This document shows positions 11,851 to 23,549 of a stretch of DNA of 41,458 nucleotides, one piece after another. The stretch is from Chiloscyllium plagiosum. Its lineage: Eukaryota. Positions within the stretch are counted from its first letter, which is position 1; every line of letters starts with the position of its first letter. The stretch is from NCBI RefSeq assembly GCF_004010195.1, contig NC_057758.1, forward strand, positions 9,191,815-9,233,272, written 5' to 3'. The notes under the pieces were generated by a model. It was not told the origin of the DNA and made no database searches. It saw only the letters and a list, made by a program, of their open reading frames with translations. Made by a program: the position numbers and the translations under genes.

Positions 11851-11970
11851 GTGTATTCAGTGTGGAGTCAATGTGTTCAGTGTTGAGTCTGTGCATTCGG
11901 TTTGGCGTCAAAGTATTTAGTGTGGGGTCCATGTTTTCAATATTTTGACCATGTATTAATTTTTGGCACT
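11851..11970. repeat. 20-bp minisatellite, ~6 degenerate copies
   Basis: Units GTGTATTCAGTGTGGAGTCA / ATGTGTTCAGTGTTGAGTCT / GTGCATTCGGTTTGGCGTCA / AAGTATTTAGTGTGGGGTCC etc. at an exact 20-bp period. Confidence 0.8.
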
Positions 11971-12559
11971 TGAGCGACAGACAGCGAGAGACAAAGTGTT
12001 CCTCCTGAAGCCCACAAACGCACCCACCCCCCGCACCGTACCCTCACCTTCGCTGCACCTGTCCTGCCCACAAGGTCAGATGGCGCGCACTCCATCTTAA
12101 TTGCCATCGTAGGAACCCTGTTTTAGATTTTCCTGCTGTCTGAGGCTGGAAAAAGTCGCATTAGCTAACATCTCTGTATCACGGAACACGCAGCCTCAGG
12201 CAGCATGCAGGAGATTGGGTGCAGCAGTGTGCGATCCCCGATTAATCTGGATGACACAGGGGGTCAGGAGCAGCTCCACCCCGGCTGTGGCATTCCAGAA
12301 TCATTCCTGAAATTAACAAAGGGAAAGATCACTGTTGCCACTGGTCATCTCTTCCATCTCCCCCAACTTCTCTGCCCTCAGTCCCCTTCACCGAGGTTTC
12401 CATCTCGATGCCATGAATTAATTTTCTAATCCCACTTTGACGCCTTCATCATTTATTGCCCTCTGATTGCCTCTCGAGTTGGCCGTGCTCACATATACTA
12501 ATAATGGCCGCTTGCTGTTCAATGGCGTCACCATAATTTTATCTCGGTCCCACTGCATC

Positions 12560-13450
12560 AATCCATCATCAACATTGTGGGAATTATGTTTGAAGCACAA
12601 AGTGTACTGAACGGACCGTATCAATTCAGTGGCTAAAGAGCTAATCAGATGAGAGCAATTCTGCAAAAACTGAATGATCTCCTGAAGAAACCCTTCACTC
12701 CCACAAGGCTGTCCATCCTCGTCAAGGCACAAATGAAGAACGTGATGGAATACTGTCCATTCACCTGGATCTGCGCAGTTCCCGTGACAATCAAGGATCT
12801 CGAATCGATCCAGGACAAAACAGCTCGCTTGGTTGGCAAGGCATCCACTCCTTGCACCACCGATACTCAGTAGCAGCAATGTGCACCATCTACAAAATGC
12901 CCTGCAGAAATTCACCGGAACTCCGACCACATCACCTTCCAATCTTATGACAACTTCTGTCCAGGACAGTAGGTATATGGGAACACTATTCTATGCAAGT
13001 TCCCCTGCAATCTACTCACCTTCCTGACTTGGAAATATATCGCCGTTCCGTCAGTCGCACTCGTCAAATTTCTTAACGTCCCTCCCTAATAGCATTGTAG
13101 GTCAATCTGCAGTATGCATTCTAATATAGTTCACGAAGACACCTCACCACCACCTTCTCAATGTGGCAAAGGGATGAGGAATAAATGTAGGCCAAAAAAG
13201 CCCTTCCCACTGACCATGAATGAAGAGAAATGAAGGGCAAGGGAAATGTATCGGCAATACACTATCACTCACTCACAGTGTTGAAATTCCATCCCTGACA
13301 CGTGATTGTAGGTCTATGTGCAGCACACAGGTTGCACAAGGTCAAGAAGGAATTCTGCATACACTATTTTCAAGGGGGGCAGTTAGGGATGGGCGACACA
13401 TGACAGCCTGCCCAGTGCCGACCACATCTCATAAAAGGAATGAAAGTTCA
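12560..13450 (+). mobile_element. Old CR1-superfamily LINE (second family) 3' portion with tandemly duplicated 3' tail
   Basis: TPTRLSILVKAQMKNVMEYCPFTW...LESIQDKTARLVG, then the tail CACCACCACCTTCTCAA..AGGGATG..AATAAATG. A second diverged tail copy lies at ~13240-13450. Confidence 0.75.
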
Positions 13451-14499
13451 AAGAAAACAGTTAGAATGTGGTTTCAAAGTGAACTAATCCCTGCGATGTC
13501 CTTCACTCCCCCCAGCCTTCTCACCTGCCAGATGTTTGCATCCCAGCATAAACTTAAAGGATTTTCCATCCATCTGTCTTGCTCCACTCTTGAGACCCGA
13601 GTGTGAAACTGCTCAGTTGGTTCAAGCGCTCAGACATGAATTAAAAGCAAGAAAATTGACGATGGTAGAGGAACGTAAGTCCTTGAGCTGACCTTTACTG
13701 AGCCACATTACAGGAGATGAGCAGCAAAACGGACAACACTAATTCTCGGCCTGTGTCTCCTTTTCGGTGGCACATATTTTACATGGTTAATTGACACCAT
13801 ATGGACCAGCTTCTACTCCCAGACCTGCCACAAGTAAAATGTGGCTATGAAGTGTGCATGATGTTAGCAGTTTTCAACTTCCAGTGACTATTGACCGTGA
13901 TACTACTTTTGCTTGGTATCTCTTATATCAAGGCCTACGCTCCTCGTGTTCTAGACAAAAATAAAACTGGACTACCTGGGAATGTTTGGGAACTGTGCCA
14001 GAATAGACAAAGGAAAAATCCCCTATGTCACCATTTGTTGTATAGTGATAGGGTTTGCTCGCACACTTTTGATTACCACTCTGTTCTCATGAACGTACTG
14101 AGACTATCATAAAAATTAGATCCGTTTAACTGGTGCACAAACGCAGATGAGCAGCACTGTCATCCTCATGAATTTGATACAACTTATGACAACAAGTGCT
14201 ATCAATTTGCGATTGTCATTTGTAATGTTATAGGTCGGCAATGACTTCAGGCTAATGGCCTCGCTTGTTACAAAGTATAAGCATTTTGGATAATGCACTA
14301 CATTATCTACCTGACACGAACATAGAAGCATAGGTTAGGACACAGTTATTTGTGTGACTCAATGCCTCAGCAGATCTGACAGGATACAGACAATTCTCGT
14401 GGTTTTAGATGTGTTAATGGTGACTAACTGTTTCGCAATGCTATGTGCAGTGAATAGAATGACGCAAAAACATCAAAATGATCTATGGGGTAAAAATTG

Positions 14500-15253
14500 C
14501 AAATCATGTCAAGGCGGAGAGCAAGAGGTTCTTCAAACATCTAAAATAAATGTACAGAATCTTGAGTGAAGATGACAGCTTTGAGAATGAGGCTGGCAAA
14601 GTAACAACAGGAAACCTGGAAGTGTCAATGGTGTCGATAAAATATTTTGCATAAATCTTTACATTAGAAAACTTTTCATTATGGAAACTTACTATTTTAA
14701 GGATGGAAAAGGAAGAGAGCAAATAAGAAAAATCGTGATCATGAGACAACATGAGGTCCTAATAGGACCAATGACTGATATGTGCAGTGGACCCCATGGG
14801 GAGTCTTCTAAGACAATAAACAAGTAGCTAAAGGCATATTGAGATGCACAGAAACTAATCTTGTAGAAATCCTTTGATGCTGAAAAGACTCAAAGAAAAG
14901 TCAAAAACTGCAAATTATAACTTATAAAGGGAAAACAGCAAAAAATGATAAAACTTGATTAAATAACTACAATCCTTGTTGTTGGAAAATGGTTTACATC
15001 TGTTTTAAAGTATGTAGTAGCGGAACATTTAGAAGTAAATGATAAAATCAAGGAGCGTTAGATGGCTTTTTGCACGTGAAATCACGGCTGGAAGATTTAT
15101 TAGAATTATTTGAGGAAGTAACAGGCAGGATAGATAAACGGGAAGTAGCGACTGCAATATATTTATTTTTCAGAAGACGTTTGTCACGTTGCTGCACAGT
15201 ATGCCACTTCATGAGCCTACGTTGTTAGATTTAGTATATCAGCATGGATAGAG
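14500..15253 (+). mobile_element. Decayed CR1 RT fragment
   Basis: Remnants of VVGK..., EHLEVNDKI, LLELFEEVTGRIDKREV, with many stops. Confidence 0.65.
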
Positions 15254-15254
15254 G

Positions 15255-15347
15255 TTGAGAGAGTGGTGCTGGAACATCTCAGCAGGTCAGGCAGCATCCG
15301 AGGAGCAGGAAAATCAATGTTCCAGTCAAAAGCCTTTCATCAGGAAT
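15255..15347 (-). mobile_element. Penelope-like terminal fragment with decayed hammerhead motif
   Basis: The minus strand reads ATTC-CTGATGA-A-AGGC-TTTT-GACT-GGAA-CATTGATTTTCCTGCTCCTCGGATGCTGCCTGACC. Same family as 23373-23606 and 31866-31960. Confidence 0.75.
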
Positions 15348-15399
15348 AAAACATACTGATTTTTGGAATTAGAGATTGGAATTGATTGGAATCTCTTTT

Positions 15400-18200
15400 T
15401 TTCAAATAGTTCGATTGGAACTGTTTTTGTCACGTGTGTCGAGGAAGGGCTCCTGACGCAATATGTAGATAGGCTGACTAGAGTATAGGCCGTATTGCAT
15501 TTGTTTCTTGGCAACGAACCATGCCAGATTTCAGATCTCTTGGTGGGGGAGCATTTCGGTGATAGTGATCACAATTCAATGACTTATGGAGAGGGATAGG
15601 AGCAGATAGTATGGGAAAGTATTGGATTATGGGAGGGAGAATTAGCGTGGTATTCGACAAAAGCTGGATTTCTAGATTAAGAACATGTTTTGTCTGGGAA
15701 ATGCATGTCGGAAATGTGGGGGTCCTTTAGGAAGCAGTTGCTGGTAGTGATGGATCGGTTTGTCCCACTGAGGCAAGGACGTAATGGTGAGTTGAAAGAA
15801 CCTTGGGTGATAAGACATGTGGAACATATCGTCAAGAAGAAGAAAGAAGCTTACTTCAAGCTGAGGAGGCAAAGATAAGACATGATTTTAGAGGGTTACC
15901 AGGTAGCGAATCAGGAACTGAGGAATAGTCTTCAGTGAAGGATTGAAGGATTGAAGGAAAACCCTCAGGAGTTATACACCTCTGTGATGAACAAGAGGAT
16001 GGCCAGAGTGAGTGTTGGGCCGGTCAAGGATAGTGGCGGGAGCTTGTACCTGGGGTCCGAGGAGATAAGGGAGATCCAATATGAATACTTTGCTTCAGTA
16101 CTCCCTCCTCAGAGGGACCTTGATGTTTCTGAGAACAGAGTGACACAGACTGAAATGCTAGAACAAGTTAATGTAAGGAATGAGGGTGTACTGAAAATAT
16201 TGTTAAACATAAAGGCCAATATAACCCCTGGGCCAGACTGGAGATACCCTGGTTTTTACCTCAAGCGAGGGAAGAGAGTGCTGCACCTTTTGCGTTGATC
16301 TTTGCATTCACACTGTCCACTGGATGAATGACAGATGATTGGAGGGTAGCAAATATTATTCCCTTTTTCAAGAAAAGGATTACTGATAATCCTGGAAAAT
16401 ACAGTCCCGTCAGTCTTCGGTCAGCTGTTGGCAAAATATTGGAAAGGGTTCTTAGTGACATAATTTATGATAATATAGAAAACCATAGTTTGATTAGACA
16501 TAGTCAGCACAGTTTTGTGAGGAGCAGGTCATGCACCGCAAACCTTATTGAATTCTTTGAAGATGTGACAAAATACAGTTGATGAAGGTGGCCCAGTGTA
16601 TGTGGTGTGTATTAATTTTATCAAGGCGGGTTGATAAGGCACCCCATGTTAGACTCATTCAGAATGTAAGGGGGTGAGGTGTGTGAAGTAATTTGGCTGT
16701 CTGTATACTGTATTGGCTGGCCCATGGAAGAGATAGAGTGGGGGTAGATGGGAAGTATTCAGCCTGGAGCTCAGTGACCGCTGGTGTTCCGCAGGGATCT
16801 GTTCTGGGAGCTCTGCTCTTTTTAATTTTTATAAATGATTTGGATGAGGAAGTGGGAAGGTGGCTTTGTGCATTTGCCAAAGACACAAATAGATGGTGGA
16901 TAGTATGAAGGGATGTTGTAGGATGCAACAGGACATGGAGAGCATGCCCCAATCCGTAGGGGTGGCGCGGTGGCTAAGTAGTTAACACTGCTGCCTCAGT
17001 GCATGAAGGACTCGTGTTCAATTCCATCCTCCAGCACCTGTCTGTGTGGAGTTTGCACATTCTCCCTGTGTCTGCGTGGGTTTCCTCCAGGTGCTCCGGT
17101 TTACTCCCACAATCCAAAGATATGAAGGTTAGGTGATTTGACCATGCTAAATTGTTTGGTGTTGTACAAGAATGTGTATGTTAGGGTAGATTGGCCATGG
17201 CAAACTGTCCCGTGGTGTCCAGGGATGTGCAGGTTCTCTGAATGGTCATTCTACATTGTCCATAGTGTTCAGGAATGTGTACGTGAGTGCGGTTAGGGGT
17301 TAAATGAAAGAGAATGGGTCTTTGTGGATTATTCTTTGGGGAACAGATGTGGTTTTGCTGAGCCATCGGACTCGTTTTCACACCGCAGGGATTCTATGAT
17401 GTGAGGATGCAGATTTGGGTTGTGAAGTGGCAGAAGGAATTCAAGCTGGAAAAGTATGAACATTTCTCTACAGACCATCGAATTTGAAAGTGGATTGCAG
17501 GGTTAAAGGCAGGATATTGGCATTGTGAAGGAACAGAGGGGTCTTGGGTTTCATGCCCATAGATCCCTTGGAGTTGTCACCCAAGCTGATCGAGCTGTTC
17601 AGAAGGCTTTTGATGTGTTGGCATCCTTAGCAGGGCGATTGAGTTTAACAACCGTGAGGTAATACTGCAGCTCTACAGAACCGTCGTTCGACCACACTTG
17701 GAATATTGTTTTCAGTTCTGGTCGCCTCATCATGGAAAGGACGTAAATGCTTTAGAGAGGGTGCAGAGGAGATTTACTAGGATGCTATCTGCACGGGAGA
17801 GCATTTTGACAAGAAAATTTAAAGGAGCGCGGCCTTTTATCATTGGAGACAGAGGAATGAGTGGTGACATGATAGAAGTGCACAAATGTTAAGAGGCATG
17901 GATAGACTGGATAGCCAGAGACTCTTTTTTTCCCAGGGCAAAAATGTCTTTCATGAGGGACATAATTTGATTGTAATTGGAGAAATATTAAGCGGAGAAG
18001 TCAGAAGTAGGTTCTTTTCACAGACAGAAGTGGCTGTGTTGCTTGCACCGCTCGCACTAGTAGTAAGGACTGGTACATTACGTACATTGAAGTGATTGGC
18101 ACCTGGAAGGTCGTACAATGAAGGGTATGTTCGTTAGTCTGATGTCAGAGTAGGATGAAAGGTCGGCACAACATCGGGGGCTGAAGAACCTGTACTGTTC
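15400..18200 (+). mobile_element. Decayed CR1 LINE ORF2 (late endonuclease to 3' tail), interrupted by a SINE
   Basis: WRVANIIPFFKK, PGKYSPVSL, SQHSFVRSRSC, GVPQGSVLG, YCFQFWSP. Multiple stops and frameshifts. Confidence 0.9.
16958..17400 (+). mobile_element. V-SINE (HE1-like) with three internal ~50-bp repeat units
   Basis: GGTGGCGCGGTGGCTAAGTAGTTAACACTG head, a near-consensus V-domain TGTCTGTGTGGAGTTTGCACATTCTCCCTGTGTCTGCGTGGGTTTCCTCCAGGTGCTCCGGTTT, and a GGGATTCTATGAT tail. Confidence 0.92.
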
Positions 18201-18839
18201 TAAGAGTGTGCTGATTGTCATCTTATGTATGGCATACTCACTGTGTAATGTCGTCGTTATTCCCGGTTTGCACCAAATTCATAAATATTCATAAGAATCC
18301 TGAATGCCATTGTGAAGAAAAAATCTCTACTTTACATTTTGTCTTTAATTTGACTTGAGTTAATCTCTGAAAGATTGAATCCACTTAATTTTGAATATGT
18401 GTTCAGCAAGTTCAGAAGGCTTCCACTGTCATTATCATTTTGAGCAGGGAGATAATGTTCGTATATGAACTTTGTAGATGCATTAACTGCGCATTCATTC
18501 AACAAACAAAATGTATTGATTTACTGAAGCAGATGAATTCCTGAACTCACTAACTTAATGGCTTCAACAATGGCCTGTACTCTATAGTAGAGGGGCAAAC
18601 GCAACTAGGGTAGCAGCCAAGGCAATGACAGCACTATTGAAGGTTCAGTCTGACAACAACACGAGTTCTGATGGGCTTCTCTATCAGTATTTAATTCATT
18701 AGTTTAAGTTTTTAAATCCACATACATTCAAGGGATTTCGCTTCAGATGGCCATATTGCAAATAGAACGGAGAGCACAAGGAAAGCCAAAAAGAAAGCAA
18801 ATGCTGGTTAAAACTCCTTTCTTTAGAGGAAACATGTTT

Positions 18840-19215
18840 AAGATGTTGTCTTCGGGTACTCCAGTTCAAAGTAATCAGTCGTAGTCGACATGATTTGCAA
18901 AAGGGAAATCATGTGTATTCCAATTACTTATTAGTAACATGTGTTGTTTATAAAGGGGAATCATTACTTACATTGCACTTAGTTTTCAAAAATATGTTTG
19001 ATGATGCTTCGTTTCAATCGTCACAGGTGAGAAAAAAAGAGACTCGAGTGTAACTTGTAACATATTGACATTGGTGTAGATTAGCGAGAAAACAAAAAAT
19101 AGAGTACCTGCAAAATTGGATCTCTTACAACTTGGAGAATATGTGCCAAAGCGATCAGTGCTGGCAGCTCAAATTAGATGAATTGACGAATGATGTGGTT
19201 GCAAATTTGCTTCGA
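18840..19215 (+). mobile_element. Decayed CR1 RT fragment
   Basis: Remnant of SRHDLQKGKSC (QHGF..GKSC) and downstream RT-like sequence. Confidence 0.5.
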
Positions 19216-19299
19216 CAAAATCACATGCCAAACAGCATACGTGATAGACAAAGCTAAGCGATCCCATAACCAACATTTTGAGCAGGGAGTTCCAAACAC

Positions 19300-20230
19300 T
19301 TGATGCATCCAGTTGTGAGTGGTCGGAGACAATTAAATAACTCACTGGAGGAGATGGCTTTAAAAATATCTCAGTCCTCACTGACGAAAGAGCCCACCAC
19401 ATTGATGTAAAACATAAGTCTGAAGCATTTGCAATAATTTCACTCCGAGTTATATCGTCAAATGGTTGGAGGAAGTAGACAATTCAGAAGTGATGTGCTT
19501 TTGAAACATTCCGGCAATAGTGCTCCAGAAGCTGCTGCTTCCCTAGATAAGCTGTTTCAGCATATTTACTGTGTCAGCATTGACACAAAATGTGGAAACT
19601 CGGACAGTTATGTTCTGTATAGAAAAAGAATCAGAGTAAATCCATTCCCGTCAACTTACACTCATTAAGCCCACTCTCGATCATCGACAGTGTTACCAAG
19701 CAGAATCTGCTCAGAAGTAATCTGCTCAATGATGTCCAATAAGGGTTTCGCCAGGACCATTCAGCTCCTGATCTAATTTCAGCCTTAGTTCAAACATGCA
19801 CAGAGCAGCCGAATTCCAGAGGTAACGTGAGAATGACAGAGTGCAACTCCAAGACACCATTGGATGGAGTGTGGCATCAAACACCTATAGGAAAAGAAAC
19901 TGGAATCAGTGTGTACCAGGGTGCAAAATTCTCCGCCAGTTAAAATACATTGGCACATCGGAAAATAACTGTGGTTGTTGGATGTCAATACATTTAGCTT
20001 CAGGACAACTCTTCAGGAGTTCATCAGGATAGTGAATCGTCACTTATTCTTCAGTCCATTATAAAGTCAGAAGTGGGAATGTGCAGCGATGATTTCACAA
20101 TGTTCAGCACTATTCTCAACTCCCGAGATACTGAAGCAGGCTATTTTTATATGTAACAAGATCTGATTAATACTCAGGCTTAGCCTGATAACTAGCCAGT
20201 AACATTCATGCCAGGCAATGAACATCTCCA
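19300..20230 (+). mobile_element. Old LINE RT fragment (probably the same family as 12560-13450)
   Basis: APEAAASLDKLFQH, NLLNDVQ*GFRQDHSAPDLISALVQT, ..DGVWH, and an ADD-region remnant (GCAGCGATGAT). Confidence 0.7.
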
Positions 20231-21043
20231 AAGTTCTATTAAGTTATGTATTTTTCATACCGAGTCTGCCTTAGTATTGTCAGGCTGAAAGCGCTTCCCA
20301 TATTATTTATGGTCTGGTCAAATTGAGTACAAGAAGATACCAGCCTATTTTTGTAAGGAAAATACATTTACTGAATCTGCTTTATTTCTATGCAAAATAA
20401 TGTCTGAATCTTTCTTCTATACAAATGTAGATATAACCAATAAGCAGGTTACTGAGCTTCTAACCCACTGGGGACTCCTCACTGCCGCCTGGCACAGAGA
20501 AGTCTATTTTACTTACCCCAGCACCTGTCCTCGAATCCTGTCCGATATTAAGGTTCAATCGTGCTAGTCTCACGAATCTGATTCAATGATTAATCATCCC
20601 ATGAACGGGGCAAAGTCTTTGATATTGATCTTATTCTGAATCTGTGATTACGGGCTGAATTCCCATTTCAGTATTTTTCAGGTCTGGGTGTTTTAATGCT
20701 CACTACTTAAAAATGTTTCTGACAACAATCATGTGTTGTTCAGTTACCTCACAGCCAAAGTAAAGTTTATTTTAGACCAGAGCGATTTTCATGTATTTTT
20801 ACACTTTGTATCAATGGTTCATTGCCATGACCCATACAATTAACACAGTGTGGTCTGATTTGAAGATATTATTCATGAATTGAATACTACCTCTCCTACA
20901 ACTCATTTACAATTAATACTTGCTCCTTGAATAATACGCAGTCAAGGTGACAAGCCTTCTATCTCGAACATAAATCATTTACGTAACCCAAGTAATGGAT
21001 CCAAGAGACGATGGTTCAGTCTTAGGTATGATGATCACTTTCG

Positions 21044-21430
21044 CTACAACTCAACACGGTGGAGTGTCAGCAGGTGAAATGAATGTGTGAATTGCTTTCC
21101 ACACCTTCAATAGGAGAATGATTCTTCTGCAGCCTGACTTATCTGATGTTCAATGAGTTGATATGATCACCGATTTTCAGGTCTGGAGCGAGAAAATCCT
21201 GAATGATATTTTGTCAGTGTCAGCACTTTTGTTGAGCACCAATTCCGCAGAATGGTTATGGAACAGCACGCAGTGCAGCAATAATTCATTCTTCAGTGTG
21301 CATTCCCTGTGGATCGACAGCTTGGAATAATGATTGAAAGCCTTGTCTAATCAGAAAAGGTTTAGTAGCCTCTCCTGACGTGAACTCGCTGCTATGTCAG
21401 TCGTGTGGATGATTAGGATAAACTCTTTCA
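21044..21430 (-). pseudogene. Decayed C2H2 zinc-finger gene (copy B)
   Basis: Minus-strand pieces SSTRLT*QRVH..GER, DKAFNHYSKLSIHR..HTEE, SAELVLNKSADTDKISFR and CGKQFTHSFHLLTLHRVEL* match repeated CxxC-GKxF-xQSSxL-xxHQRxH-TGE(K/R)P units, with stops and frameshifts. Confidence 0.75.
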
Positions 21431-23467
21431 ACAAAAAAAAACATTTTTTGTTGTTCCTTGAAATAATCTGGAAGGAAAAGACATCCGTATCATCACTCAA
21501 TGTCAGACAGGCAAGCTGATAGTTTAATAACAGTTTGAGAGTGTTGGTGGTGACGCAGAGCCGGAGGGTGTCAGGAAACATCTGAAATTTAATGGCCTAG
21601 AGTCTGAGGATATTACACATGTAGCCCGCTTGTATAGTCAAGTATGAATTCTCAGGCTTGTCCAGAGAAAACAGTCCTGGCTCATAGAGGAAAATGACTG
21701 CAGGAGATTGTCCGGCTGTGGTTAGGTCAGTCAGAAACGATCCAGAAGTATGCAGCCACAGAGAACAAAATGGCTGGGGAGAAAGTTTGGAAGAGGATTT
21801 ATGCGGTCAACTTCGGGAATAATAACGATACCTAATCATTACAGCTAATTATGTTCTCGCTGATGACAATGGCTCAGGGATCGACAGGACTGGCAACTTA
21901 ATGCTCCAGGATGCAAAAGCGACAGGATTGATAGAAAGGGAGGCAAAGTCGGGTGGGGTGGAGGGGGTGTGTAGCATTTATGATAAGGCAAGACACTGTA
22001 CTGAGGGAGGCTATTCCCGGAAATACATCTGAGAAGTTATTTGGGTGGAACTGAGAAATAAGAAAGGGATGATCACCTTATTGGCATTGTGTTATAGACC
22101 CCTTAATAGTCAGAAGGAAATTGAGAAACGAATTTGTAAGGGTATCTCATCTATCTGTAAGAATAATAGGATGGTTATGGTAGAGGATTTTTACTTTCCA
22201 AACGGACACAGGTGCTGCCATGGTGTTAAGGGCTTAGTTGAAGACGAATTTGTTAAGTATGTGCAAGAAAATTTTCTGATTCAGTATGTGGATGTACCTA
22301 CTAGAGAAGATGCAAACCTTGACCTGCTCTTGGGAAATAAGGCAAGGCAGGTGACTGAGATGTCAGTGGGGGAGCACTTTGGGGCCAGAGACCATAATTC
22401 TATTTGTTTTAAAATAGTGATGGAAAAGGATAGACCAGATCTGAAAGTTGAAGTTCTAATTTGGGGAAAGGGCAATTTTGACGGTATTAGGCAAGAACTT
22501 TCAAAATCTGATTGGGGGCAGATGTTCACAGGTAAAGGGACGGTTGGAAAATGGGAATATTTCAGAAATGAGATAACGAGAATCCAGAGAAAGTATATTC
22601 TTGTTAGCTTGAAATGAAAGGCTGGTAGGTATAGGGAATGCTGGATGACTAAACAAATTGAGGATTTGGTTAAGAGAAAGAAAGAAGCATATGTCGAGTA
22701 TAGACAGGATAGATCGAGTGAATCCTTAGAAGAGTATAAAGGCAGTAGGTGGATACTTAAGAGGGAAATCAGGAGGGCAAAACGGGGGCATGAGATAGTT
22801 TTGGCAAATACAGTTAAGAGAAATCCAAATGGTTTTTACAAATACATTAAGGACAAAAGGGTGACTAGGCAGAGAACATAGCTCCTCAAAATCGACAAGG
22901 CGGCCTTTGTGTGAAACTGCAGGAGATGGGAGAGATACTAAACGAGTACTTTCTATCACTATTTACTGTGGAAAAGGACATGGAATAGATAGAATGTAGG
23001 GAAATGGATGGTGACATCTTGAAAAATGTTTTTCTTACCGAGTAAAAAGTGTTGGATGTCTTGAAACGCATAAAAGTGGATATATCCCCAGAACCTTATC
23101 AGGTGTACCTTAGAATTTTGTGGGAAACTAAGGAAGTGATTGCTGGGTCTCTTCCAGAAATATCTGTATCAGCAATAGGTAAGGTGCTGGAAGACTGGAT
23201 GTTGTCTAACGTGGTGCCACTGTTTAAGAAAGGTGACAAGGGCAAGCCGGGGAACAGTAGACCAGTGACCCTGACGTCGGTGGTGGCCAGGTTTTGGAGG
23301 GAATACTGAGGCATTTGGAAAGACAAGGACTGATTAGGGATAGCCAACATGGTTTTGTGCGTTGGAAATTATCGAGGTAAAAACAATGATGGCAGATGCT
23401 GGAAACCAGATTCTGGATCAGTGGTGCTGGAAGAGCACAGGAATTCAGGCAGCATCCGAGGAGCTTC

Positions 23468-23507
23468 GAAATCGACGTTTCGGGCAAAAGCCCTTCATCA
23501 GGAATTC
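23468..23507 (-). ncRNA. Minimal type-I hammerhead ribozyme motif (PLE-associated)
   Basis: GAAUUC-CUGAUGA-A-GGGC-UUUU-GCCC-GAAA-CG-UC^GAUUUC. The core is intact, stem II is 4 bp, stem III is the palindrome ACGU, and stem I pairs at 5 of 6 positions. Confidence 0.7.
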
Positions 23508-23511
23508 CTTT

Positions 23512-23549
23512 ATTCCTGATGAAGGGCTTTTGCCCGAAATGTCGATTTC
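23512..23549 (+). ncRNA. Second hammerhead motif (inverted copy, C-to-T change in stem III)
   Basis: AUUC-CUGAUGA-A-GGGC-UUUU-GCCC-GAAA-UG-UC^GAUUUC. Confidence 0.6.

Noticed and set aside
11851..11970. Regularly spaced repeats as a CRISPR-like array
   Set aside because: Contiguous degenerate tandem units with no unique spacers, in vertebrate DNA.
16958..17035. tRNA-like A/B boxes (also ~921 and ~36311)
   Set aside because: These are SINE heads followed by V-domains, not tRNA genes.
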